IMG/VR virus record: IMGVR_UViG_3300034418_010223
Coordinates: 1-28,251 of that record
From: a virus
Lineage: Duplodnaviria; Caudoviricetes
Direction: 5' to 3' (one strand)
DNA: 28,251 bases
Both the position numbers and the translations under genes were made by a program. Under the pieces are notes generated by a model that was not told the origin of the DNA, did not search any database, and saw only the letters and a program-made list of their open reading frames with translations. Numbering within the stretch: the first letter of the stretch is position 1; each line of letters opens with the position of its first letter. Below are positions 17,976 through 25,735 of this stretch, one piece after another.

Positions 17976-18005
17976 AAGGGAGGCGGAGCTACGGCTCCGC
18001 CTTTC
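17976..18005. terminator. strong hairpin, probable terminator
   Basis: AGGCGGAGC-TACG-GCTCCGCCT (17981-18002); lies directly after a - strand stop at 18011. Confidence 0.6.
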
Positions 18006-18010
18006 TGCTG

Positions 18011-18206
18011 TCAGAGATCCAGGTCGAACTCGTCCCAGGCAGCGGCGTGGAGCGCCTTCAGTTTCATTGTCCGGGCCCCCGGGCCCGGGCGGCCGGCGCC
18101 TGAGGTTGTACCAAAAACGTACAACCTCGTTTTCCCCGGCCACTGGGTCGGCCGGAGCCTCGGGCCCGCAGCGGTCCAGCCACTTTTTGAGGTCTTGTGC
18201 GCTCAT
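18011..18206 (-). pseudogene. small ORF apparently frameshifted at a G5 run (or sequencing error)
   Basis: MSAQDL..RRPPGPG joins ARTMKLKALHAAAWDEFDLDL* if one base of C5 (18076-18080) is removed; hairpin follows. Confidence 0.4.
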
Positions 18207-18213
18207 CCGGCGG

Positions 18214-20679
18214 TTAGCTGCCTTCGACCCAGCGCCAGGCGTCCTCCATCACCTCTTGGGTCGATTCCACCCTGTGTCCGTCTAAATCCGCGTCAAAACT
18301 CGGATCCGTTCCAGCGCAGTCGTTCTTAACGACAAACGGTTTTGTCGAAAGTCCCGTTTTGTCTAAAGTCCCTGGTGCATCTGTACTAGCGCCCGGACTT
18401 TCGACAAAATCGGACTTTAGACAATCTGGTTTGTCGTTTAAAACCGTTCCAGTCACTGGGTTTTGGACTTTAGACAGACTTTTATTGGACTCCCCCTGCG
18501 CGAGGGGTTTTTTCCTGAACCCTGGAACGGAATAACCCAAGGCGCGGTAGTAAGCCGGCGGACGCCCCTTGAACTTCAACCCAGTGGGTGGATCGCACCG
18601 TTCGATCAGCTTCTGGGCTTCAAGCCGCTGGAGCGCGTACTTGATGGCGCGCTCCTTGTGCTTGCCACCGATGAGGCTGTCGTCCCGAATGTCAGCGAGT
18701 GACTGAGGCAGCTCGGACTCCCGCATCAGGCGAAGCACGTCGAGCATGTAGTCATTTGGACCGTCGCCCTTAATCCGGGTTTTGCACTCCGGCATGGGAC
18801 CGATTCGGTAGGTGTAATCCGGCATGAGGCTGAACACCATCTGCTGCCCCTCCCGGTCATCCCTGGACTTCTCCACCGTGATGATCCGGCTGTTGAACGG
18901 CAGCCCCATCTGCATTAACTCCTTCGCGTCTACCTTCCGCATGTTCCAGGTCTCATCCACAGCGGCTTTGATCGCGCTGGTGCCCCTGAAGCCCCCAGTC
19001 CGGTTGTTGTGGTGGATCACAACAATCGAGCAAGCGGGAAAGTCCACTCCGTTGCGGCGCGCCAGGCGCTTCAAGGGCAGCGCATACTCCCGCCGGTTCT
19101 CCTCATAGGGGTTGGAGTCGTTGCAGCCATCGAGGCTGTCGATCACCACGAGGTCGTACTTGCGCTCCTCCTGCATCCGACAGAAGCGCCGATACCACTG
19201 CATATCCCACTCACCCACCACATCAACCCCACGCTCCACGCCGATGAGGTTGAACTGCCGCTTCGTGATCCGCTCGCTCTGATCACCATTCAGCCAGAGA
19301 CACCGACCGGCTGGAACGTCCACCATCGAGCCGTGAATGTTGAACGGCTTGCCCTGGCTGACGTGCTTGCACAGGGTCATGGCCATGGCGCTCTTACCCG
19401 TACCGCCATCGGCATGAACCAGCAGCAACCACGGCTTGGGCAGGATCCCCGGAATCAGGTACTCAAAGCCGCTGTCATCCAACTGTGAAACATCAGCAGG
19501 CTTCCCACCCTTGCTGCGCTTGAACGTCAGGTGAGCATCAATCAGGCGATCAACAGCCAGAGCACCTTCCCTGGCCCGTCCACCCTGCGCAGCCAGGATC
19601 GTCTTGGCCTGATCGAGGTAAGCGGGATCCTCAATCGTCTCCTCCAGCTCCAGCGCCTTGGAGATCAGCTCCTCAGCGGATAGGTAGTCCTGGCGGAAGC
19701 TGACGGTCGCCGCCTCCGTCTCTTCCACAATCCGTGCACCACTGTTCCCCTGAAATCGCTTGCGGGCTGGGTCGTACTCATCCGCCCACTTGATCAGGCT
19801 GCCAATGCCGTAGCCGCCGTCCGACTTGAAGTTGGCCCAGCGCTCGGCGCACGGATCGCCCTTCTCCCAGTCACCTGCGTAGTCCTGATCCCGCTGGCTC
19901 CACTCACTCCACAGCTCCAGACCACGATCGCCGAGGTCAGCGCTGTGCACCATCGCGCCGATCTTCCACCAGCCGTCTTCCCCCATGCCCTGGGGCGGTA
20001 TGTAGTCCAGGCACTGCTGAACGATCACCTCCCGATCCTCACGAGTGCGGCTGCGATAGGGATCCAGCGCCTTGCTCTTCCTGCTGGAGCGCCCGTCTTT
20101 CTCGGCCTTGGACTCCTGCATGAGGGCGATCAGCCACTGCGGGGCAGGTGGGATAGCTGAGAGGTCGCCAGAGAGGCTGTAGAGGCCCTCAGGAGCGCCG
20201 TAGCGCTCACTGCCGGGGTATTCACCCTCCAGCACCGCCATGCGGCCCCAGAGCACCTCAAAGCCCTGCTTGCCGCCACCCTCATGGCTCACATCCGCCA
20301 CGGTGTCCCAGAGATCCTCTGGAACCATGAACAGGAACTTGGCCGCCGCCTGTTTGGTGCTGGTGCAGCTCGGCCCATTCAGATCCTCACCCCACTTGAG
20401 CTGGAGCGCTCCGAGGTTCGAGTCCACATCGAGCACCACCAGGCCACCCGACCGCTGGCCAGACCACACACCCACCGCCGAATAGATCTCTGGGTACTGA
20501 TCCGCCTTCAGCGCCGACCGGGCTGGTGCGTACTTCTGGTAGCGAGTGGCGGCCATGGGCACCTTGCCGTCACTCGTGTAATCAGGCTTGCCCTCCCGCT
20601 GGATCGTGTAGTCCTTCCGGTAGACGGGGCAGGTGGCCCAGTGAGCAGGCCAAGCCTTAACTGCAGTCTCAAATGACAT
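18214..20679 (-). CDS. primase-helicase: Prim-Pol (AEP) + PriCT-2 + AAA_25/RepA-like helicase
   Basis: SGGLVVLDVD Prim-Pol motif; WWKIGAMVHS..LW.EWS..W..F PriCT-2; Walker A ADGGTGKS; Walker B LVVIDSL; IHHNNR..FRGTSAI; likely start MSFETA. Confidence 0.93.
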   Translation of the reverse strand: MSFETAVKAWPAHWATCPVYRKDYTIQREGKPDYTSDGKVPMAATRYQKYAPARSALKADQYPEIYSAVGVWSGQRSGGLVVLDVDSNLGALQLKWGEDLNGPSCTSTKQAAAKFLFMVPEDLWDTVADVSHEGGGKQGFEVLWGRMAVLEGEYPGSERYGAPEGLYSLSGDLSAIPPAPQWLIALMQESKAEKDGRSSRKSKALDPYRSRTREDREVIVQQCLDYIPPQGMGEDGWWKIGAMVHSADLGDRGLELWSEWSQRDQDYAGDWEKGDPCAERWANFKSDGGYGIGSLIKWADEYDPARKRFQGNSGARIVEETEAATVSFRQDYLSAEELISKALELEETIEDPAYLDQAKTILAAQGGRAREGALAVDRLIDAHLTFKRSKGGKPADVSQLDDSGFEYLIPGILPKPWLLLVHADGGTGKSAMAMTLCKHVSQGKPFNIHGSMVDVPAGRCLWLNGDQSERITKRQFNLIGVERGVDVVGEWDMQWYRRFCRMQEERKYDLVVIDSLDGCNDSNPYEENRREYALPLKRLARRNGVDFPACSIVVIHHNNRTGGFRGTSAIKAAVDETWNMRKVDAKELMQMGLPFNSRIITVEKSRDDREGQQMVFSLMPDYTYRIGPMPECKTRIKGDGPNDYMLDVLRLMRESELPQSLADIRDDSLIGGKHKERAIKYALQRLEAQKLIERCDPPTGLKFKGRPPAYYRALGYSVPGFRKKPLAQGESNKSLSKVQNPVTGTVLNDKPDCLKSDFVESPGASTDAPGTLDKTGLSTKPFVVKNDCAGTDPSFDADLDGHRVESTQEVMEDAWRWVEGS
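18306..18477. repeat. iteron-like direct/inverted repeats, candidate replication origin
   Basis: TTTTGTC(G/T)AAAGTCC at 18340 and 18357; inverted GGACTTT(C/A)GACA at 18395, 18412, 18465. Confidence 0.7.
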
Positions 20680-20747
20680 GCTGTAGAGTCCTAGAGGAGT
20701 TGAGTGGTTCAGTTCCCCAGGTGCCAGTCGGTGCCTGGGGACTTTTT
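20679..20747 (+). ncRNA. candidate antisense RNA to the primase leader (including its promoter)
   Basis: TGCTG-TAGAGT -10-like at 20680-20690; CCCCAGGTGC/GTGCCTGGGG hairpin + TTTTT that folds with G-U pairs only on + strand. Confidence 0.4.
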
Positions 20748-20761
20748 CTATGGTAGCCCCA

Positions 20762-20790
20762 TTGCCAACCCCTTGACCGTGTGCTAGTTT
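20762..20790 (+). promoter_or_regulatory. sigma70-type promoter of the SSB gene
   Basis: TTGCCA-17 bp-TAGTTT with TGTGC extension. Confidence 0.65.
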
Positions 20791-20826
20791 GAACGAGTTC
20801 AAGACCAGCGCGACGAGCGCAACACC

Positions 20827-21417
20827 ATGAAATTCGGTCTTTCAGCCAAAGGAAAAGCCCAAACCGCTCAGAAGGAATCGAGCGGCGGTTACCTGAGCCT
20901 CAAGAACATCAAAGACGGCGAGCCTGCCCGTTTCCACATCGTCAGCGAGGAGCCGCTGGAGTTCTGGCAAGTCTGGGGCGAGTCACCCGATGGCGCGGCC
21001 AAGCCCTTCCGTTTCGTGGAGGAGCCCAGCCCCAGCGACATCGACGCCGAGATGGGTGAGTACACCCGCCGCCTGAACTTCGAGGGCACCGCCCCCGACA
21101 AGGTCGTCTTCAGCCTGGCCTTCTTCGCGTACAACTACGACACCGAGACCATTCAGGTGGTCCAGTTCACCCAGAAAACTCTGATCCGCGAGCTGGACTC
21201 CATCGTCTCGATGGAAGACTACGAAGACCTCACCCAGTGGGACTTCAGCCTGGGACGTGACGGCAAGACCGCCCCGATCAGCTACAGCCTCCGCGCCGTA
21301 CCGATCAAAAAAGGAGCCCGCGATCAGATCGACGCCGCCTGGGCTAAAGCACAGGAAGACGGCTACGACATCAAGCAGCTCCTAGTAGGCGGCAACCCCT
21401 TCGGCGGCGCTAAGTAA
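20827..21417 (+). CDS. putative single-stranded DNA-binding protein
   Basis: 196 aa; GGYL.L..IKDG, KPFRF, F..YNY....IQV....QKT, WDF.L.R.G, GGNPF end; divergent from primase, next to exonuclease. Confidence 0.7.
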   Translation: MKFGLSAKGKAQTAQKESSGGYLSLKNIKDGEPARFHIVSEEPLEFWQVWGESPDGAAKPFRFVEEPSPSDIDAEMGEYTRRLNFEGTAPDKVVFSLAFFAYNYDTETIQVVQFTQKTLIRELDSIVSMEDYEDLTQWDFSLGRDGKTAPISYSLRAVPIKKGARDQIDAAWAKAQEDGYDIKQLLVGGNPFGGAK

Positions 21418-21427
21418 TAACTAAACA

Positions 21428-21463
21428 AGGGTGGGGGTCAGACTTGCCTGGCCCCTTCTCTTT
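21428..21463 (+). terminator. terminator-like hairpin overlapping the next promoter (TTGCCT-17-TATTAT)
   Basis: GGGGTCAG..CTGGCCCC followed by TTCTCTTT. Confidence 0.5.
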
Positions 21464-21493
21464 AGGTATTATTAGTTTGGGAACGTATATCTA

Positions 21494-21670
21494 ATGACCC
21501 TCCCACCCACTGAAACCAACTTCCTAGACGACGGGAGCGTTGAAGTCCGGGTAGGCGACCAGATCGGCTGGGTCACCAGCGCCCACCTGATCGAAACCAA
21601 AGTCCACCAACTCCAGCAGGCCTGGATCGAAGAACACACGAAGGGCGGAGAGGCCCTCATCAATGACTGA
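21494..21670 (+). CDS. small hypothetical protein (58 aa, not in ORF track)
   Basis: MTLPPTETNFLDDGSVEVRVGDQIGWVTSAHLIETKVHQLQQAW..; overlaps exonuclease start; promoter upstream. Confidence 0.7.
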   Translation: MTLPPTETNFLDDGSVEVRVGDQIGWVTSAHLIETKVHQLQQAWIEEHTKGGEALIND

Positions 21671-22475
21671 GAACACTTGTACTAGCGCCCAGGACGCATT
21701 AGCGGGGCTGCGCAAGTGGAGGCTGGTTCGTCACGACTCCGAGGAAGGTCGCACCTACAGCCACCCCGAAACGGGCGAAATTTTCCATTCAGTAACCCGG
21801 ATCCTGGGGGCCACAGCACCCGATTGGCAAAAACAAGCCCTTTCAAGGTGGCTGGAACGCCCTGGCTCGACGCAGGAACGCGACCTCGCAGCGAACAGGG
21901 GTACTACCGCCCACAACAGCGCGGAGTATCTCCTCAAGGTCGGAGCGAAACTGGCAAGGCAGACCGCTAACAAGAGAGGCGTCTGGAAGGCCCGTGAGGA
22001 CGGCCTGGAGCGTTGCCCGCCCGCCATTACCAAATGGGGCCTTGAAAGGGCCTTAGAGGGCGCCCCAAGGGTCTCCTGGCACGCATCAGGCTATGCAAGG
22101 GGCTTAAGGAGCTGGATCGTTGAGAACGTGACGGCTATCCACGCGGTGGAATTCAGCGGCTTTCACCCCGGGGGCTGGGCTGGAACGTGCGATGCCCTCG
22201 TGGATGTAGCTGGCACGCTGACGATCTGCGACTGGAAGACAAGCCAGAACGCCCGAAGCGAAGAAATGCTCTCCAACTACATCGACCAACTAGGCGCTTA
22301 CAGCCTTCAGCTCAAACACCTCACCGGAATCAAGCCAGAGGCTGGGGCGATCGTGGTAGCGCGCCGCTCTGGAGCGCCTCAGGTGCGTCTCCTTTCAGAG
22401 CTGGAACTGCGAGGAGCCGAAACGCGCTTTCAAGACAGGGCTATCCGGTATTTCGAGGATTTGGCCCATTCATAG
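21663..22475 (+). CDS. PD-(D/E)XK exonuclease (lambda-exo/Cas4/MGME1-like)
   Basis: SVTRIL, RGT.AH, AGTCDAL, ICDWKTS, QL.AY motifs. Confidence 0.9.
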   Translation: MTENTCTSAQDALAGLRKWRLVRHDSEEGRTYSHPETGEIFHSVTRILGATAPDWQKQALSRWLERPGSTQERDLAANRGTTAHNSAEYLLKVGAKLARQTANKRGVWKAREDGLERCPPAITKWGLERALEGAPRVSWHASGYARGLRSWIVENVTAIHAVEFSGFHPGGWAGTCDALVDVAGTLTICDWKTSQNARSEEMLSNYIDQLGAYSLQLKHLTGIKPEAGAIVVARRSGAPQVRLLSELELRGAETRFQDRAIRYFEDLAHS

Positions 22476-22576
22476 GTCGAGTCTCACAAGACCCAGCCCC
22501 ATTCATGTGATGTAGAATGGCTGGAACGGCGAGGTAGCAGCCTCCCGTTCCCGGACAACCGAAGCACCCGATTGCC

Positions 22577-23053
22577 ATGAGCACTCTAAACGAGAAGCCT
22601 CCCGTCGAGTATCTCTGGGAGAAGTACAGCTACAACCCGTTGACTGGCGCGTTACATCGCCGCGATAACGATCGCGTGCTACGCGGGAACCATTCAACGC
22701 GCAGTCACCAACTTTCCATTCATGGCAAGGCCCGCCATCCCTACGCGGTGGTGATTTGGGCATTCATGACTGGAGCGTGGCCCATTCATGAAATCGACCA
22801 CATCGACCGCGACCACTACAACCACCGTTGGTGGAACCTACGGGAGCTGACCAATAGGCGAAACAAGCTGAACACGCGCAGGGCCAGGGCTGGCGCGTAT
22901 CCGGACGGCAGCCGTTGGCAGGCCCGGATTCGGCATGGCGGCAAAAACCACTACCTAGGGAGCTTTGTCACCCAGGCCGAGGCTCAGGCTGCCTACGCGG
23001 CAGCCTTGGCTGAGCTGGAGCGGCCGAAGCACCTGATCACTGCGCAGGTTTGA
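22577..23053 (+). CDS. HNH homing endonuclease with C-terminal AP2 domain
   Basis: EIDHIDRD..N....NLRE.T...N; WQARIRHGGK.HYLGSF.T..EA..AY. Confidence 0.93.
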   Translation: MSTLNEKPPVEYLWEKYSYNPLTGALHRRDNDRVLRGNHSTRSHQLSIHGKARHPYAVVIWAFMTGAWPIHEIDHIDRDHYNHRWWNLRELTNRRNKLNTRRARAGAYPDGSRWQARIRHGGKNHYLGSFVTQAEAQAAYAAALAELERPKHLITAQV

Positions 23054-23180
23054 CCAGCTGGAACGTTAATTGATCGCCCGGCTGCCCATCCTCTTGCCAT
23101 TGCTTAAGCAGGTTCTGAAGCTGCTTCGGCGTTAGGCGAATGATCAGGGAACCGCTCAGCACGGCAACAGTGGGATTCAT
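23037..23180 (-). CDS. small hypothetical protein (47 aa)
   Basis: MNPTVAVLSGSLIIRLTPKQLQNLLKQWQEDG..; fills the gap downstream of 23223-23576. Confidence 0.45.
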   Translation of the reverse strand: MNPTVAVLSGSLIIRLTPKQLQNLLKQWQEDGQPGDQLTFQLVKPAQ

Positions 23181-23222
23181 TGGCTGGATCGTTAAGTGTT
23201 TGCAGGTTGAGTCGCGCGAGAC

Positions 23223-23576
23223 TTACGCCCATGCGCTGTGAGGCTGGCCCGTTCCGCGCCAGCGCTTTACGGTGTCCAGGGATTTGATCAGCGCGGCGAC
23301 GTCTTTAGCCTCACCGGCTGCGCACGCGACGGTTAAGCGGTGAACTAGCAGGGCTTCCACTTCTTCAGGGGCTGGAGCGGTTAGTTCATCGGCGGCTGGC
23401 CCGTGATCGCAGGCTTCCATTTCCGCGTGTGCCGCTTCAATGTCGCGGTAAGCGCTGGAGCGGCTGACACCGTGGCGTGCGCTGATCATGGTTGCAACAC
23501 GGGCCTGCGGTAGCCCGGCTTCCATCAGCGAACGCGCGTAACTCTGGCGCTGCTGAATTTCTATCTGTGTGGCCAT
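23223..23576 (-). CDS. HTH protein paralogous to the putative TerS
   Basis: start MATQIE; ARHGVSRSSAYRDI helix-turn-helix; TGTGA-TACGGT promoter at 23630-23640. Confidence 0.7.
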   Translation of the reverse strand: MATQIEIQQRQSYARSLMEAGLPQARVATMISARHGVSRSSAYRDIEAAHAEMEACDHGPAADELTAPAPEEVEALLVHRLTVACAAGEAKDVAALIKSLDTVKRWRGTGQPHSAWA

Positions 23577-23640
23577 GGGGTGCTCAGTGGCTGGGACGCT
23601 GGAGCGGCTGCTACCGCCCAAGCCTCTCTACCGTATCACA

Positions 23641-23685
23641 GAAATGGGGATTTTGGAGATTTTGGGAGAAATGGGGATTTTGGGA
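23641..23685. repeat. direct repeat GAAATGGGGATTTTGG x2 (GATTTTGG x3) between divergent promoters
   Basis: copies at 23641-23656 and 23668-23683. Confidence 0.8.
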
Positions 23686-23763
23686 CGTGGGGGCTGGCGC
23701 CCCCACAAACAGCCGATCCTGTGATACGATGGCAGGGTTCCACCACACCCATAGGAGAACACC

Positions 23764-23892
23764 GTGATTGTGATTGTCAGGGCTGGAGCGTGGGAGCTGA
23801 TTCCCGCGCCGCAGGATCCCACCGCAGCGTGGGAGCTTGCCGACAAGCTCACCGCCGAAACTGGCGCGCCTCACACCGTAGCTAAGGTGTGA
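23764..23892 (+). CDS. small hypothetical protein (42 aa)
   Basis: TGTGA-TACGAT promoter (23720-23730), AGGAG RBS, GTG start; MIVIVRAGAWELIPAPQDPTAAWELADKL.. Confidence 0.65.
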   Translation: MIVIVRAGAWELIPAPQDPTAAWELADKLTAETGAPHTVAKV

Positions 23893-23930
23893 TACAATAA
23901 ACCCGCTACCCCACCTTAAGGAGCAACCCA

Positions 23931-24536
23931 ATGCAACTAGCAACCGCCACGCTTGACTGCGAGCGTTTCGATTATGTGGCTGGATCGTGGCTTTTTTGGT
24001 CTGAGCACCATGCAGGTGCGGCATCGCCTGGCTATGCCAGGCTCAGCCGCTACCTGCAGGAATACCGTTTCGACCCTGGCGCGTGTTTCAGCGGCTGGGA
24101 ATCGCTGAGCGATTCCGCCAGGGAGATCTACCGCGGCTGGTGCGAGCGGGAGTCTGTGGATTGCGACTACGACTCGCTGCGCTACGTGCTGGAGCGTGAG
24201 GACTGGGATTGTGACGACGACTGCGTTTCGGAGCTGCTGGAGCGTTACGAGCACGCCGACCCTTCCGAGTCTGGGCTCTGTAATTACGAGCAGAGCGACT
24301 GGGTCAACCTTGATCAGTGCTACACGAGAGACCTGATCCGTTTCTACGATCGCAATGAAGACTCTGTGTTGCACTGGGCCGATGAAGCGTGCGGCGCGTT
24401 CGGCTGCACAAGCCGGCTGCAACTGCTGGAGGGTGACACGGTCGAAACGCCCGACGACATGAAGACCGCGCTGGTCAACCACGCGATGACCTACCTGGCG
24501 CGTTCGGTTCTCGCTGCGCTCGAAGCGAGAGCCTGA
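23931..24536 (+). CDS. acidic hypothetical protein (early-type)
   Basis: 201 aa, D/E/W/Y/C rich; TGTGA-TACAAT promoter (23888-23898) and AAGGAG RBS. Confidence 0.8.
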   Translation: MQLATATLDCERFDYVAGSWLFWSEHHAGAASPGYARLSRYLQEYRFDPGACFSGWESLSDSAREIYRGWCERESVDCDYDSLRYVLEREDWDCDDDCVSELLERYEHADPSESGLCNYEQSDWVNLDQCYTRDLIRFYDRNEDSVLHWADEACGAFGCTSRLQLLEGDTVETPDDMKTALVNHAMTYLARSVLAALEARA

Positions 24537-24630
24537 CGGCTCTCGCAACACAGCCCCTTCTCTGCTACAGTACAGATCAAGCGAGCCGAGAGCCCGGCTC
24601 GCATCCTTCCCCACCCATAGGAGAAAACCC

Positions 24631-24981
24631 ATGGCAAACCTCCACCAGCCCCGCATCATCGAAACCACTACCGTTCGCAGTGGTGGCACGCAAGAACCCA
24701 CCACCGAGCACGTCACAGAACGGATGTTCCGGATTGAAGAATCCGACACGCTCTGGGTTGGCCTGAACGGGATCAGCCTGGAACGTGGCAAGTTCGGCGG
24801 TGATCGCGACGTCCTGCGGGTCGACGCCTACAGCGGCACGCTGTTGGCCGATGCGTTGATTGAAAACCTCAGGATTCAGGCCTCGCTGGCGAAGGATGAG
24901 GCTGCTGGTTCGCTCAGTCGTCGCCAGGCTGCCGAGTTCGTAGAGCGTGCGGCAGCAGCGCTGCAGCTGGTCGCCGCCTAG
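24631..24981 (+). CDS. hypothetical protein
   Basis: 116 aa; AGGAG RBS; TG-c-TACAGT upstream; terminator downstream. Confidence 0.75.
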   Translation: MANLHQPRIIETTTVRSGGTQEPTTEHVTERMFRIEESDTLWVGLNGISLERGKFGGDRDVLRVDAYSGTLLADALIENLRIQASLAKDEAAGSLSRRQAAEFVERAAAALQLVAA

Positions 24982-25006
24982 TGAGGCTCGCTGCGCTCGC
25001 CTCACG

Positions 25007-25034
25007 GCCCACCGCTCAGGTGGGCTTTTTTGTT
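25007..25034 (+). terminator. intrinsic terminator
   Basis: GCCCACC-GCTCA-GGTGGGC followed by TTTTTTGTT. Confidence 0.85.
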
Positions 25035-25077
25035 GCTGTGCTTTTGGGTAGATTGAACCTAAATCAGCCGGCGCGTT

Positions 25078-25485
25078 GTGAGTGAGTCTGAAGAACTGAA
25101 AGGAACCCAGAGACCCTTCGGTAAAAGGAACCCAGACGCCGTGATTGAAGCGCGGCAGAAAAGGCTGTACAAAGCCCAGCTCAGTGGCCTGCCTTGCCGT
25201 CAGCTGGTCTTAGAGCACGCTGAACGTGAAAGCATCGCAGAAACCACGGCCTGGCGTGACTGGCGAGCGGTGTGCGCAATGAACCAGCAAGATTTCGAGC
25301 TGGAACGTGAGACTATACTTGCACGTCTCATGTCCATGAGGTTCCGAGCCGTGAACCAAGCGCTGCGCAAGAACCAGTTGACATCAGCGGCTCAGCTGAT
25401 GGACGCTATCGGCAGGGCAGCAGGAGAGGGTCAGCAGGCGCTAGAGATTAACGTTCCCAACCTGAACATCAAGATCGAAGATTGA
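25078..25485 (+). CDS. putative terminase small subunit
   Basis: 135 aa; N-terminal HTH (..ETTAWRDW), helical core, C-terminal beta-strand PNLNIKIED; upstream of TerL. Confidence 0.65.
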   Translation: MSESEELKGTQRPFGKRNPDAVIEARQKRLYKAQLSGLPCRQLVLEHAERESIAETTAWRDWRAVCAMNQQDFELERETILARLMSMRFRAVNQALRKNQLTSAAQLMDAIGRAAGEGQQALEINVPNLNIKIED

Positions 25486-25488
25486 GCA

Positions 25489-25523
25489 CAAAAAAGGCCC
25501 CGCAGTTGCGGGGCTTTTGTTTT
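25489..25523. terminator. bidirectional intrinsic terminator
   Basis: A-run, GCCCCGC-AGTT-GCGGGGC stem-loop, TTTTGTTTT; between convergent genes. Confidence 0.85.
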
Positions 25524-25531
25524 GCTGTTGA

Positions 25532-25735
25532 TCAGTAGCGAGAGACTGTAGGAGTTACGTCTTTTACTGATTCGATGAAGTAAAGGCCAGGCTGATGGAG
25601 CTGGTTTGTGCGTGCTGTCGCCATGGCCTCGGCTTGCTCTGCTGATTCTGCCTGCACGTTGTAAGAGAACCCGATGATCGCACCGCTGGGGCGGTTGCTG
25701 CGATCGATGAGGCTGACAACAACTTTGAAGAGCAT
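25532..25735 (-). CDS. hypothetical protein
   Basis: 67 aa; V.AESAEQAE..A motif; CGTGC-TAGGGT promoter at 25763-25773. Confidence 0.7.
   Translation of the reverse strand: MLFKVVVSLIDRSNRPSGAIIGFSYNVQAESAEQAEAMATARTNQLHQPGLYFIESVKDVTPTVSRY

Noticed and set aside
21663-23700. Cas4-like nuclease plus nearby repeats as a mini-CRISPR
   Set aside because: Repeats are 7-16 bp without regular spacers; the nuclease lacks the four-Cys Fe-S pattern and fits an SSB/exonuclease recombination module
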